This document shows positions 1-14,531 of a stretch of DNA of 64,000 bases, in pieces. Under the pieces are notes generated by a model that worked only from the letters and a program-made list of their open reading frames with translations, had not been told where the DNA came from and ran no database searches. Position 1 is the first letter of the stretch. Each line of letters begins with the position of its first letter. The DNA is taken from positions 24,554,001 through 24,618,000 of the forward strand of contig CM052817.1 of NCBI GenBank assembly GCA_028534125.1, written 5' to 3'. The DNA is from Lama glama (taxonomy: Eukaryota). The translations under genes were made by a program, and so were the position numbers.

Positions 1-1531
1 TTTCGGTACTTGGACTATCTTTTCATTGCTTTCTGGCTTTCATTCCTTCTGATGAGAAGTCAGCCATTAATTATATTGCTGTTCCTTGTATGTGATGAGT
101 CAATTTTCTGTTGCTGCTTTCACAATTTTCTCTTTATCCTTAGTTTCAGCTGTTTGTGTGTACAAATGTAGACCTCTTAGTTTTTATCCTGCTTGGGTTC
201 TTTGAACTTCTTGAATATGCAGATTAATGCTTTTCTTTAAATTTAGCACATTTCGCAATTTTCTTCCATTTTTTTTTCCTTCCTTTCTTTCTCCTTTCCT
301 CCTGGGATTCTCTTGACATATGTTGCACTACACTTGATACTATCCCACAGGTTTCTGGAGCCTTGCTCATTTTTCTTTCTTCTTTAAAGTCTGTTTACCT
401 TAAGTTCTTTGAATATATTTATAATAGCTGTTTTGAAGTCTTGGTCAGCTAAATCCAACATATAAAACCACTCAGGGACAGTTTCTATTGACTGACTGCT
501 TATTTCTCCTGATTATGTCACATTTGCTTTGTAATTTCCTCATTTTCTGTTGAAAACTGGGCATTTTTGATAATACAGTATAACAAATCTAGATTCTAAT
601 TTTCACCCTCTGAGTGCTGTATATTAATTTATTTGTGGTTTTGATTTGTTTAGTTTATTTACTTGGACTAAAGCTGTGGAATCTGTCAGCCACAGTGTGG
701 GCTGCTGAGGTCTCTGCCCAGTTATTTGATGTTGATGATGATAATGAAGTAGCAGCGGCCTGGCTTCTTAGTGGTCCTCACTTGTCTGCATGGCTTAATG
801 TTCTTTGGTGATTTGTAGAATTTCTTCTCAAATATCTCTATAAAGGAGTAAGGCTTCCACTCTCTGCCAGTGGATCTGTGTGGGTTGGGAACACATGCAA
901 AATGCTAGTGTTTTAGTCTATCCCAGATTTTACTGCCACAGACCTTCCCATGTTTCCACTGTCCACGTACATGGCTCAAAGATAGCCAGGAGCATGTGAC
1001 TAGCTTTCAGTCTATCCTGTGTTTGTAGGTAGACTTCCTATCAGCCAGGAATTTGCAGAGAGCTGATTAAGGTTCTCCATGGCCATTTATTTCCTTGATC
1101 TCCTTGTTAAATGTGGGTAAAGCCACAGGCTGGGCTAGCTGAGCCACTGGGCTCCCCCCTTTGTCTAGTTCTGACACCACTACTGCTACTGACAATACTG
1201 ACAGACACAGAGTTTTCCCATGCTCAGCTCCAAATCAAGTGAGTCCTGTCTGGCAGTGAAGTTACTGATGTTCACAGCCTGACCTCTCTGACTCTAGGAA
1301 GGGGAGTAGTTAAGGGGGGATGGGAGAAATCCCAGGCAAGAATCTCATGGACTTTCACTAGTCTTACCCAAAGTTCAGTTGTTTTTCATTAATAATCACC
1401 TCCCAATTTATTTTATACCTTTGGTCTTTGGTAGATTTACATTAAAATGCTTATTTTGACAATTTTATCCAGTTTTGCTATTGATTTTGGGGAAGAATAT
1501 TTGCTAAATCAGCTCCTCACTGTGCCATACC
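1..1531 (-). mobile_element. Old L1 (L1M-type), ORF1 and 5' region
   Basis: T-rich antisense ORF1-like sequence (ttctgatgagaagtcagcc…ttttctgttgctgctttcacaattttctctttatc), ending in a 5'-end-like gctcctcactgtgccat. Confidence 0.75.
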
Positions 1532-1684
1532 GTATCAAATATTTTGTGACATCACCCCAGATTCACACATCAGCATTAGTGCTGTCAACATAGTCAACTA
1601 TTACTTAAAAATGACTTTGGATTTACCTTTATGAAGACACATTAATTCTTTGGTTGGGTTTAATTTTATTATAATAGCATCTAT

Positions 1685-2420
1685 TTGCTCATTAATTTAT
1701 TGAGTACTGACTATGTGCTGGTGTCTGATCTAATTTCTGTGATATAAAGATGTATGAGAAATCCCTGCCTTCCATGAATTCTTAAATCTAATGGAGGAGA
1801 TAAACTAAAAATAATGGTAACAAAGTACAATACTTGATGTTATATAAGGGTGAGCAGAGTGCTATGGAGTGACCTGGAGAGGGCATGCCTGTCTCTGACT
1901 AGTAAGAGTTCACAAACTGTGCTGCCTTTGCCTGGGATTCAGGAGGGTTGGAGTCTGCCAAGCAATGGAGGTGCAATATTTAGGGAATTCTGAGCATGTA
2001 AAGCAGTATGTCTAAAGACAAGGCTCAGATTCAAGTAATATCTGAAAAACACTCTGGCGTGTGCATGGTAAGGAGCAGTAGAAGATAGAATTTAGGTAGG
2101 AGAAACATTTACACCTGCTGAACATTCTGGACTTTATCCTCTGGGCCACCGGATGACAGCCAAGGTCTTTAATGATCAGATTAGCTTTCCCTTTTGTTTT
2201 GTCTTAGAATTCATCTCCAGCAGCTCTGTGGAGCATCAGACTGCAATGAAAAAAGACAGATAACAGGTCAGTCAGGTAGGAGACTCTGGGACTTTAAGGG
2301 TTGAGAGATGGTGAGTACCAAAATAGAGAACAGCCAGATTCAAAAGATGTTTAGGATAAAATTGACAGGATTTGGCGATATTGAAATAAGGAATGGTGAG
2401 TGTGATTGGTTGGGCACAGA
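1685..2420 (-). mobile_element. L2 LINE fragment
   Basis: Reverse L2 tail (tttattgagtactgactatgtgctgg), followed by typical L2 body blocks. Confidence 0.7.
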
Positions 2421-3614
2421 GGACTTAGGGGGCATGGAAAGGAGACAGCCTCTGGGAAGCTGCCAGACAAGAAATCAACCAAACAACAACGAAAGTTGGA
2501 CATGATGTCCAGGCGAATCATTGGCTAAAGGGCAGGGTAAAGAAGGAGAATCCAGGCAAGAGCAAACATACAGAAACTTGGAAAACCAGGCTGGAATGAT
2601 GCTTGTAGGTGGATCCTCAGTAAGTTTTCTGAGCTGCCAAGAGGGGAATGACTTTATCTGCTGTCCATACTCAAGTTTGGGTGAGGTGGGGGCAGTAAGA
2701 GGTTCCAATCCAACATGATCATCTTGGCACTCTTATTTTTAATAAAAATTTGGAATTACTCTAAACCCTTCTTCAAGTAGAATAATGATATTGATTGATA
2801 ATTCTCCTCCAACTAATGTTCTTCCTGCGGGTAACTCAGATACGGCACAGAGACTGTCATTAACTCTGAAATCATAGAGGAATTATTTAAAAAGCAGCTC
2901 TTCAAAAACCTAATAGTGCTGCCAAAGTATTAATGCATCTTTTCAAAGCATTAAGCAGGTGGGCAGATACAAATGGATGCAATGACTATAAAGAATAAAT
3001 GATGATATACCTAATTTTGATCTACACTTTTTTTAAAGGTCCCTTTTTATGTGTGACATTCTGTGACTTAATTTCTCCTGTCCATGACATTCTCTTGGTT
3101 TTTAATTGCCAACCATCCGGGTTTGCTGTCAGTTTGAATCAGGTTTTTTACATAATTAAGCCAGCCTATCTATCACCCATCATAATTAATCCATTCAATT
3201 TTAATTACTTTTCCATTTCCAGAGTCAATCATCCTATATTAATACAAATATAGGAAAATATGTGTCATTTTTGTAATATAAGTAATACTACAGAATGCCT
3301 GTCATACACTTCCCTCACATTTTTAGAAAGGTTCAACCTAATTTGATAAAATATATTAGTATTGCATTGCCAGAAACACAGAAACCAAAAATCAGTATTT
3401 CGTTTCATTCACTCACTTCATGAAGCCGTCTTTCTAAATCCCATCACTTCTTCTGCAGAATTTCACAGTCTGGGTTCTGTATCCACCCAGTGACACCCAA
3501 GAGGGCTTTCTGTTTCTGGAAGTAATTGCAGCGATGCATCGTGTGTCAGCTCATTTTTGTCACTGGTGCCCGTGTGGGGTTTTATTTACTTTTTCTGTAA
3601 TTGCACCTGACTCG

Positions 3615-4325
3615 TATCTCTGGGGATGCAGCAGTGAAAGAGAAGAAGGTTCTGAGTTCCATTGAGTTCACATGGCAGTGGAAGAGACAGACAGTAAACA
3701 AATAAAAATCACCAGTCATGATGAGTAGTGTGCCAAGAAGTTCAAGAAGGTGATGTGATGGAGAGTGGTTCTGCAGCCGTGGAGGGCTCAGAGAAGGCCT
3801 CTCTGAGGAGGTGGCATTAAAGCTGACACTTGAATGACAGGAGATGCCCTGAGATGATCCTAGGACTAAGCATTCCAGGAAAAAGTCATCCCTAGAGCAA
3901 AGGACATGAGAATATAATCCAGGAACCAGATGAACACCGGGGCTGCTGGAGTGACATGAGCAGGGAAAGTGGCAAGAAGTGAGCTTAGAGGGGGAGAGCA
4001 TTCACGGTGAGGAGTGTGGTCTTCATTCTGAGCTCCATGAGGAGCTGCTGAAGGGCTTTAAACCGGAGGGTGATGTGATCAGATTGACATTTTTAAAAGA
4101 TCAGTCTGACTGCTCTGTGGAGAATGGATTGAGGGGGGCAAGTATGGAAACAGCAAGACAGGGTCCAGATGACAGAGGAGTCTGGCTTGCACCCGGGGTG
4201 CAGAGAAGTAGACTAATTCAGGATTTGTTTACAGATAGATGGAGCCAGAGAATTTATGGATGGGTTCGTTCTTGAAGAGTGTGTTATAGAAAGGGAAAAC
4301 CTGTCACGGATCACTCAGATTTTTG
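3615..4325 (-). mobile_element. L2 LINE fragment
   Basis: L2 hallmarks: ggggatgcagcagtgaa…, cagagaaggcctctctgaggaggtggcatt, gatgtgatcagattgacatttttaaaagatcagtctgactgctctgtggagaatgg. Confidence 0.85.
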
Positions 4326-4432
4326 TTGTCTGTTTCATAAATACTAGGATTTCAACACCCCTTAACCATTCCGGAAAGTTACTGCGTTCATCGTTCTCCA
4401 GGATTGATTCTTTTGCACAGCTGCGTGTTCTC

Positions 4433-4668
4433 CATGGTTAGCGCAGACCGTGGCATTTGGCTCTCTAGATTCAAATCCGAGGTTTCCAACTTAGTGGTCG
4501 TACAACCTCAGGCAAGTCTCTTAACCCCTTTATATTTGTTTCCTCTTATAAAAAAGTGGACTAATCATGTTACTGTTTCCTAGGATTATTGACAGCAGTG
4601 ACTAAGAAAATATGAATAGAAATACTTAGCACACTGCTGGTCTACAGCAAGTACTCAGTAGATGTTAG
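4433..4668 (+). mobile_element. MIR SINE
   Basis: MIR core: ttcaaatcc…caggcaagtctcttaacc…tttcctc…, with tail cttagcacactgctgg…gtactcagta. Confidence 0.8.
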
Positions 4669-5991
4669 TAATAGATTCTTTGTTTCTGTCTTGCCCTCCT
4701 CACTATTGCACATTCCCATCTCAGTGCCAAGTAATAAGAGTTAAAATAACATTTTGAAGAAGCAAATAATTTCTACTCCTTACCACTTCATAATTTTTTC
4801 ATGTATTATTTGGTTCTATTTTTTTTTTAGAGTATCTCAACAATAATCCTTGTTTAATATATTCCCCAATTCCACATCTGGCAATATGTCTTCATTTGTA
4901 AATTGATGTTTTGTTTGGGTTTTAAACATCTGGAGCCTTTTAGGGAGATTGAATATTACCAGCTTTACCGTGAAGTTAGTGTTTTCAGCCCTTAAAATGG
5001 GGTTGGGTGTTGGGGGTGGGGGGGTGGGCATCTGAGCCCAAGATTAGATAAATCATGGAAGAGCTTAATCTGCTGCCTCCATCGGAGCCACGGCAGCACG
5101 TGGGCCATGCTCAGGTGTGTCCTCCTCGGCTGGGTCCTCCTGCTTTCCCTTTGGACTCGGGTGCATGTTGGCTCTCCCGTGGGAAGAGACCCTACTTGTT
5201 TGGCTCACAGGGTGATCCAGAAGACCTTGTATTGAATCTTGGATCCCATGTAAACACTGGTTCCCGTCACTCAGTCTGGCTGCAGCTACATCTTAGACTC
5301 TCAAGATCGGTTGTTTGCCTCTTAAAACAGGCTCAAAAACAGTAGGAAAGGAGAGTAGGTCAGTGTGGCATATGGTTGAGTTTGCATGGACAGATTGCTT
5401 GAGAATAACAGGCACAATCTTTTAAATTGGTTCCTTAGTTATAAATGTGGTATGCAGCTGTTTCATAGTTTTGGCTGGGATTGAGGTACATTTAGCAATT
5501 GGTACTTTTCATGAGATAACACATTAACCTAATTTTTCAAAGCTCTGCTTCTCATCTCTCTCTCTGAAGTTAGTTGGGTGAGGAACAGACTCTCTTTGCT
5601 ATAAGCATCTTACGGCATCAAAATTGACAAGGAGCGTCGTCCAGCGCGGGTGGCCTTGGAATCCTTTTCTGATCAAAGCAGTCAGCATTAAACACATATA
5701 TATTCTGTGGTTCTTCTGGTTTCAGGTTGTCTGTTTCTTCTTGTATTTTTTAATGACACAAATAATTTCAAAAATATTTTATTTCAAAGATTTTACACAC
5801 TGTGGCACAAGTGAAATGATCCCCTCTCTGATACAACAGGTCCCTGAGTCCAGGGTGTGGGCTAATTAAACCGCTGGCAAATCCAATCCACTGGGTGTGG
5901 AATCTGCTTGTTTGAGATGTCAGCTCCCACAATGTGTCTTGCCTAACTATTGTGCTCATTGCATGGATGCTATGTGGAATCTTGCAAAAGT

Positions 5992-6491
5992 NNNNNNNNN
6001 NNNNNNNNNNNNNNNNNNNNNNNNNNNNNNNNNNNNNNNNNNNNNNNNNNNNNNNNNNNNNNNNNNNNNNNNNNNNNNNNNNNNNNNNNNNNNNNNNNNN
6101 NNNNNNNNNNNNNNNNNNNNNNNNNNNNNNNNNNNNNNNNNNNNNNNNNNNNNNNNNNNNNNNNNNNNNNNNNNNNNNNNNNNNNNNNNNNNNNNNNNNN
6201 NNNNNNNNNNNNNNNNNNNNNNNNNNNNNNNNNNNNNNNNNNNNNNNNNNNNNNNNNNNNNNNNNNNNNNNNNNNNNNNNNNNNNNNNNNNNNNNNNNNN
6301 NNNNNNNNNNNNNNNNNNNNNNNNNNNNNNNNNNNNNNNNNNNNNNNNNNNNNNNNNNNNNNNNNNNNNNNNNNNNNNNNNNNNNNNNNNNNNNNNNNNN
6401 NNNNNNNNNNNNNNNNNNNNNNNNNNNNNNNNNNNNNNNNNNNNNNNNNNNNNNNNNNNNNNNNNNNNNNNNNNNNNNNNNNNNNNNNNNN
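5992..6491. other. Assembly gap (500 N)
   Basis: Run of exactly 500 N. Confidence 1.
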
Positions 6492-6633
6492 TTTAAGAGG
6501 TCCACTTTGTCAATATTTAGTTATAAACCACTGAAAAAGTAACTTAAGCTAAGTTCTCTTATTTGTAAAGCAAAGTGTTTCTTCAACCTGATCTTGTTTC
6601 CTTCCAGCTCCCAAAATGATGATGCTGTGAGTG

Positions 6634-6693
6634 GATCGGCTTGGTGTGGGCAGGCCGGGTCCCGATCGGCTCGGTGTGGGCAGGCCGGGTCCC
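6634..6693. repeat. 30-bp tandem duplication
   Basis: gatcggctYggtgtgggcaggccgggtccc x2, with one C/T difference. Confidence 0.95.
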
Positions 6694-7209
6694 CTGCGTC
6701 TTTGCAGTGCTCTTCTGTCTAGAAGGGCCCTTACCCTCTCTGAAGAGCAGTCTCCTATGCACGTATCCTTCAGGTCCAGGCTTCTGTCTTGCTTCCTCAC
6801 CGATGTCTACCCAAATCCCCGGGGTAGATTAAGGTGCTTGCTCCCATGGGCATCACTCATTTATTCACAGACATTTATTGAGCCTCTGCTCTGCATCAGG
6901 CTGAGTTGAGGGTGCAGTGGATGCCATAGTGTTGAAAACAGTCCCTGCCCTCATGGAGTCTAGTTTCACAGAGAATGTAGTCATCCACAGGGGCCAGGGT
7001 GATGCTTGCTGCGGAGGAAATTCAGGGAGCTCTGGGCGTGCATAATGCGGGGGTGAGGATGCCTCATCAAACCTAGAGGCATCAGAAAGGGCCGCTGAGG
7101 ACCTGATGTCTGTGCTGAACTCTGAAGAATGGGTCGATGGAGATGGCCAGGTTAAAAAATATTTCAGTCAGAAGGAACATTCATAAGCAAATTTGGGGAA
7201 GGAACTTTA

Positions 7210-7448
7210 ACATTACGTAGTACTCACTGCCTGCCAGGCACTTACTCTCAGCACAGTGTATACATGAACGTGCTTAGTCGTTGCTGTGAGCCAAGGAGGT
7301 AAGTTCTATCTTCCACATTTCATTCAATAAGGACACTCAGACATATAGAAGTAAGTAATTGCAAGAGATCCCACAGCTAATAAATGGCAGAGTCAGAATT
7401 TGAACTAAAGCAGTTTGTGCCAGTGCCTGTGCTCTTAACCACTGTACC
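7210..7448 (-). mobile_element. MIR SINE
   Basis: tgccaggcac…cacagctaataaatggcagagtcagaatttgaact…gctcttaaccact. Confidence 0.85.
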
Positions 7449-7734
7449 AAAAAGCCTATATTCATACATTCACAAAAACTGATAGAGATAGGTGTAGGAA
7501 TGTAAGTACAAGTGTAATGTATACATGTAAATACACAGACTCACACATACACATGTTACACACGCACGTATTTGAGGAGTATGTGTACAGCCAGAACCTG
7601 ACCCATGAGGGAGAACATGGCATCAGATGAGTTTGGAGAGCTGGGCAGGGACTAGGTGGTGGAGGATCTCACAAATTAGGTCATAGCTTCTAGGCACTGT
7701 CGTCAAGGTGACGAGAAGCGCTGTGAAATAGTGT

Positions 7735-7920
7735 GAACAGCCCAGGTTCAAATCCCACCTCTACTACTTGCTACTACCTGTGTGATTTCAAGCAAGTTGC
7801 TTCTCTAAGCCTCAACTTTTTCATCTATAAAGCAGGGATAATATTTCTGTCTAGTCCTAAGTTTAAGGAGTAAATAAGTTACTCTGTATAGTGTCTGGAA
7901 GAATGAAAGGAAATCTTAGC
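7735..7920 (+). mobile_element. MIR SINE
   Basis: ggttcaaatcccacctctac…caagttgcttctctaagcctca…tcatctataaa. Confidence 0.8.
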
Positions 7921-10450
7921 TATGGCGATCAGATTTGCATCTTAAAAAGACGCCGCTGCCTGCAGTGTAGTGAACAGATTAGAAGAAGCAAGTACGGAAG
8001 CAAGGGGCTAATTAGGGAAGCCCCCGAGTGACACAGGCACGCGTACACTCAGGCTCCCTCCCATATGGTGGTTGCTGAAATCCCGCCGACAGAAACAGAG
8101 CCAGCTTGGGTTTTTCACTCAGGCACACTGTTTGTTTGTGGCCAGGTGTCCTGCCCCGAAGGAAGTTGGTATCCAGCTGCACCTGGGTCCGGTTCCTTTA
8201 TGTGGCGAGCTCAGACTCCAGCACAGACTCAACACAGATGCTCAGTGGCGCCTGGCTTGCAGCTTCTCTGCCTCTAAGAACTCCTGGTACCTTCTCTCCA
8301 TCTCCAAGTTCATTCAGCCTTGACAGTCAGAGGTCCTGCCTTTGTGAAGGGCTCAGTTCTTCCTTACCAGCACACTGTGACTGTTAGGGCTGTCCAGCAG
8401 CTGAAGATCCAGCACACAGAGGCTTCAGGTCTGAGCTGTTAGTCGTCTTTATGAGGCTTTGGATGAAGCCTCATCCTACCTCATACTGTTGGATCCTCTT
8501 TCTTTCTGGTGATCGTGTGTGACACTAGGACCAGCCAGTTCTGCCTGGGCTCGATTTAGGACCTGATTTTCCCAGAAATGTCTATCTTAGTCATGCTGCC
8601 ATACAGCCTAGTCAGATTTGTCAGGACCAAGAGAAAAATTGCAGGTGACCTAAAGTCATCAGCGTTTGCCATTTTTCTAGTAAAAGTGTTGCCGTGCATG
8701 GTGTGGACCTCAAGAGGAGTTTTTTTTTTTTCTTGCACCCCATGCATCTGGGGACAGTCATTCTAAGTAGAGCAAGAATTGCCAGATCTAAAAGTATTTA
8801 CTTACTACTGGTAGACAATATCTGACCTAGGCTGAGGTTTAAGACTCCTCCCTGCTTACTTTCTCCTGAGATGAGCATTCTGGTAACAGGACGCAACTAC
8901 TAAAATATAGTTGAATGATGCTGTCTTCACTTCTGTGTTGACCTTGAAAGTTATGTCCATAGCACAATAATGTCCTGTTCAGAGCTTTCTGGACCTGCTT
9001 TGTGTTCTTTTGAATATTTTCAGTGGTGGCAGATATAAGAATAGATTGTGATTATTTTCAAAGAGTTAAAGGTCTTTTCAAAGCCATATCTTACAAACAT
9101 AAAGGCCAGGGAAGTTAAAGAAATGTCATTTTAATAAAAACAAACTCCCAGCTATAAAGTGATGAGAGTTTTTTCAACACAAAATGAGGTAATTCCTACA
9201 GAGGAAGTGCCCTGAGCAATAGCAGAATCATTGGAATGAGTGCGTAGCCTCCCATCCTAATAACCTGAACAGCCTTCGTTTCAATAGTGTGTTTGTTTTA
9301 AAAGCAAAATCAGACGTATTGTCTCTGCAGTTGCATTTTCGTTTTGCATTCAGTTAATGTCATGTGGCAAAGGAAAATTGAGAAGGAAAATATTTTGGAA
9401 AATATAAGCCTCTGAAGAAAGAAATGGCCATTATGAACTGAAATTTGACCTTTTTTGTTTTGTTTTGGTAAAGTGTAAGGTTATTATTTGTTTCTTACAG
9501 GTTGCTTTATTGATTGTTCAGGAATCTTGGTATTTCAATGATTATGTCTAATTTCAAGCAGCAAAATTTGTTAGGGCATTTAATTGCTGGCTTTTTGTTT
9601 TCAGACCAATTCAGCACTTTTTAATAAGCATGATAAATTTGCTTCCCTAAGAATATTTTTAAACAAGTTGGATGGTTTTAAGCGAAAAAAGATCAAATCA
9701 AATTACTTTCCTGAGCTTTTATACTTAATGATGAAATAAGTAAAGGCACAGAAGATGTGCTGTCAACAAGGTGGTATTCCAATAAATAGTAAATTAGAGT
9801 CCAGTGTCTGCAGTGCCTGGACATTAGGCCAAAAGCTTAAGCTTAATTTTTTAAAGTACGTAATAAATCTTGTCTCATTGAGCACTTTGGGTTCCAACTG
9901 CTTCTTGCCAGTTATTGATCATGTGGACAGAGGCGTCTATTTGCCCGTAATGGTGTTTTGTGTTGCATAAGCTAGATGTTTCATCTATTTATTTCATCTT
10001 TATCTTCACAGTTGCTTGATTTTATTTTTCATCATTTTCCGCTCATAAAGACATTTGAGAAAGAACAATATAAGGGAGAAAAGCTGGAAGTAAGAGAATA
10101 TTTAAACAAAGCTACTAAAGCAAGGGGACATGGGTTATAAAGGCCTGGATAAAGGCAGTGGTGGCCAAACTTTAAGGAAATGACAGATGCACGGACTATT
10201 ATAAAAGACTCCCATAGGTGGCAAATAGATCATGTGACGCTTAGGCTTCTGTTTAAAAATATAAATGAAAGCCTTGTTTTGACTTTTACCCTGGTCATTC
10301 GATCCACATATATTTAGTTAGATCTTAGTGCTTAGCTCTTAGTATACTAGGTGCTTGACTTAAACATATTCTGTTCTTGCACTCAATTCTGTGAGTAGGA
10401 GATGTAAGACCTGTAGAAAATCACAGTACAAGCTAGAAGTGCAAAGTCTC

Positions 10451-13400
10451 ATTGAGTTATAATTCAGTTCACATATCATAAAATTTGCCCATTTAAAGTG
10501 TACAGTTCAGTGGTTTTTAGTGTATTCACAGTTGTATAAGCATTACAAAGTCAATTTTAGTACATTTCCATCACCCAAAAAAGAAATTCTGTCCCCTTTG
10601 GCTGTCACTCCCTAATTGTCCTATTCTGCTCTCTCCCAGCCCTAGCCAACCATTCATCTACTTTTTGACTCTGTAGATTTGCCTAATGTAGACATTTCAT
10701 ATACATGGAATCGTACAACCGGTGTTCTTTTGTAACCAGCTTCTTTCACCTAGGATAGTGTTTTCAAGGCTTAGCCATGTTATATTATGTATCAGTACTT
10801 CATTACTTTTTATTGCCAGAAACTACTCCATTGGGTGGCTGTATACCACATTTTATGTATCCATTGATCACTTGATGAACACTTGTATTGTTTCCACTTT
10901 TGGGCTATTATGAATAATGAATGCTGTTATGAACATTCATGTACAAGTTTTTGTCTAGACATAGGTTTTCATCTCTCTTGGGTGTATACCTAGGAGAATT
11001 GCTGGATCATGGAGTAACTGTCATACTATTTTATATTCCCTCCAGCTGTGTATGAAGTTTCCAGTTTCTCCACATCCTTATCAACACTTCTTGTTGTCTT
11101 TTTGATTATAGCCATCCTAGTAGGTGTGAAGTGTTAATTTCATTGTAGTTTTGATTTGCAATCCCCTGATGACTAATGATACTATCTTTTCATGTGTCTA
11201 TTGGCAATCTGTATATATTCTGTGAAGAAATGGCTACTCACTTCTTTTGTCCATTTTTAATTGGGTTGTCTTATTTGTTGTAGGAGTTTCTTATGTATCC
11301 TAGATACAAATATATTGTCAAATATGATTTGCAAATATTTTCTTCCATTCTGAGGGTGCTCTCTTCCCTTACTTGACAGTGTCTTTTGAAGCATAAACTT
11401 TTTTAATTTGAAGAAGTCCAATTTATCTTTTTTGGGGGTTACTTTTTCTTTCCTGTAATATCTAAGAAACCGTTGTCAAATTCAAGGTCACAAAGATGTT
11501 TTCTATAAAACTACAGTTTTAACTCTTAATTTATGTCTGTGATCTATTTCTACTTTTTATATATGACATGTGGTAAAGGATTAAACTTTGTTCTTTTGCA
11601 TGTAGATGTCCAGTTGCCTCAATACTATTTGTTCATTCTTCATTGAATTATTTTGGCACCCTTCTTGAAATCAGTTGACCATAAATGTGAGAACTTATTT
11701 AAGGGTTTTCAGTTACATTCCATTGAGTATACTTAATGCCAGTATCACACTGTCTTAATTATTGCAGGTTTGTAATAGGTTTGAAACCTGGAAGTGTGAG
11801 TCCTCCAACTTTGTTCTCCTTTTACAAGATTATTGTGGCTATTCTGGATCTCTTGAATTTCTGTATGAATTTTAGGAGCAGCTTTCCGTAAATAAGCCAG
11901 CTGGGAGTTTTGTACTGATTGCATTGAATCTGTAGATTAATTTGGGTAGTATTGCTATCTTAACAATATTTAGTCTCCTAATCCATTTATATGGGATGTC
12001 TTTCAATGATATTTAGTAATTTTCAGAGTATAAATTTTGCATTTCCTTTGTTAAATTTATCCCTAAGCTTTTTATTCTTTCTGATGCTTTTTAAAATGGA
12101 CTTTTACAATCTTAGATTGCTCATCGCTAGCACATAGAACAATTGGGTTTTATATATTGATCTTGTATCCTAAAACCTTGCACTACTCATTGGTTCCAAC
12201 AGTTTAGTGGTTTCTTTAGGGTATTCAATATTCAAGATTATGTCGTCTATGAATAAAGGTAGATCTGCTTCTTTCTTTCCTATATCAATGCATTTTATTT
12301 CTTTTTCTTGCCAAGTTGCCCTGGCTGGAATATCCAGTATGGTGTTGAATAAAGATGATGAAGGTGGATATCTTTCTCTTGCTCCTAATCTTAGGAGGAA
12401 AGCTTTGTCTTAAGTATGGTGTTAGATGTAGTTTTTTCATCCATGACTTTCATTCAAGTTGAGAAAATTAATTTCTATTCCTGGTTTGTTCAGTGTTTTG
12501 TTTTGTTTTGTTTTTTTATCATGAAGGGGTGTTGGATTTTGTCAGATGTTTATTTCCATGTCTGTTGAGATTGCCCATGAGGCTTCTGCCCTTTATTAAT
12601 ACATAGTGTCCTCCATTACTGGATTTTCTGACGCTAAACCAATCCTGCCTTCCTGGGATTCATCCTTCTCAGCTGTGTTGTATAATCCTTTTAATATGCT
12701 GCTGTGTTAGGGGTTTTGGTATTTTTGTTGAGAATGTTTATTTTCATAAGAGATAATACTTTGTATTTTTTGTGATACTTTTGTCTGGCTTTGGTACCAG
12801 GATCACACTGGTCTCATAAATTTGGGCGGTATTCTCTTATAATTTTTGAAGACTAGATAATTGGTATTAATTCTTTTTTAAATATTTGGTAGAATTCACC
12901 AGTGCATCATCTGGCCCTAGGCTTTTCTTTTTGTGTTACTATTTAGTCTCTCAACTTATTAAAAATGTCTTCACATTTTCTATTTTGTCTTGAGTCAATT
13001 TATTTAACTTATCTCTCTAGGAATTTTTTTATTTCATCTAAGTAATCTAACTCATTAGCATACAGTTGGCCATAGTATTCTCTAATAATCCTTTTATTTC
13101 TGTAAATTCAGTAATAATGGCCTCTCATTCACCTTTGATTCTAGGAAATTGACTCTTTTTTTCTTTTTTTCATTTTGTTGATCTCTTCAAAGAACCAACT
13201 TTTGGTTTCATTGGTACTCTGTTTCATTAATTTCCATTGTAATACAGTATTTCCTTCCTTCTGCTTGCTCTGAATTGTTCTCCTTTCCCTGTTGCCTCAA
13301 ATTACTGAACTCTTTCTCCATTTTTAATATAGGCTTTTACAGCTCTAAATTCCCTCTAAAAACTATTTACCTACATCCCATAAGTGGTGATGTGTTGAGA

Positions 13401-14345
13401 AGAATGTTGTTGGGTAGATTGTCCTATAGGCATGTTAGAGCTAGTTGGCTTATAGTATCGCTACAGTTTTCTAGTTTTTTGTTCATCTTCTTCCTAGTTG
13501 TTCCCACTATTGAATGAGATATTTCAGTCTCCAACTATTATAGTTGAATTATCAATTTCTTGTCAGTTTGTGCTTCATGTATTTTAAGGCTTTATTGTGC
13601 ATAGCATATACATTTGTAATTGTTACATCTTCTTGATAGATTGACCTTTTTATCATGATAAAATATCCTTCTTCATCTCTAATTATATTGTTTTAAAACT
13701 TCTTTTGTCTGGTAGTATAGGCACATGAGTTTTCTTATGGTTGCTGTTTGCATAATAAATCTTTTTCCATCCTTTTAACCTATTTGAATCGAAAATGTGT
13801 CTCCTGTAGAAGCACATAGTTGAATCTTGTTTTTATCCAGTCTGATAATCTCTGTCTTTGGATTATTTAAACCATTCACACTAAATGGTACTATTGACGT
13901 AGTGGATTTACATCTGCCATTTTACTTTTTTTTCCCTCTGTCTCATGTCCTTTGTGTTTCTCTATTCCTCTTGTACTTTCTTGCTTTATATTAAATAAAT
14001 ATTTTCTGTCATAACATTTTAATTTGTATAATGATTTTTTCACTATATTTTTGAGTTAGTTTCTTTGTAGTTATTTTAAGGCATCTACATCTAAAGTTAG
14101 TACACATCATAAGTAGATTCTGTTAATTCCAGTGAGCTATAGAAAGAATACTCCCATATAGCTCTATTACTTTTTCTCCCTTTTTGTGCTATTGTTAAAT
14201 ATGCAACATCTAATTACAAATCCAAAGACATAATTATTACTTTATATAACTTTATGTCACTTAAGATGTGAGAGGAATAGCAGGTATATATTTATAGCTT
14301 TTGTGATATTAACTATCATATTTACCATTTGTTTTTCATTCATTC
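10451..14345 (-). mobile_element. L1 (L1MB-like), 3' UTR and decayed ORF2
   Basis: L1MB-type 3' end (cataaaatttgcccatttaaagtgtacagttcagtggtttttagt…), followed by continuous antisense ORF2 sequence with deletions. Confidence 0.92.
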
Positions 14346-14531
14346 TATACCTTTCTTCAGATATTATAGTGTCAGCCAAAAGGATGGGGACCAAGTTCTG
14401 TGTATGGTTGGTTGTGCATGGCACAACTAAGGGTTGCCATTCACATTGCAGTTGTTATTATGACAATTTATTGGCAGATGGCCAAAAATGTCTTTTTCTA
14501 GTTATTTCAGTACATGAGGCTCAGTAATTCA

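Larger units (their letters stand above)
6852..8020 (-). mobile_element. L2 fragment interrupted by two MIRs
   Basis: L2 tail at 6852 (catttattcacagacatttattgagc…ccctgccctcatggag). L2 body resumes at ~7600-7720 and ~7922-8020 (gatcagatttgcatcttaaaaag). Confidence 0.7.

Noticed and set aside
5768..6542. Long ORFs in the ORF track here and at 38227-38991
   Set aside because: Artefacts of translating through N runs.
9481..9535. Strong-looking splice acceptor (tttgtttcttacAG at 9500)
   Set aside because: No NWD2-like peptide follows and there is no convincing donor; such sites are common in long introns.
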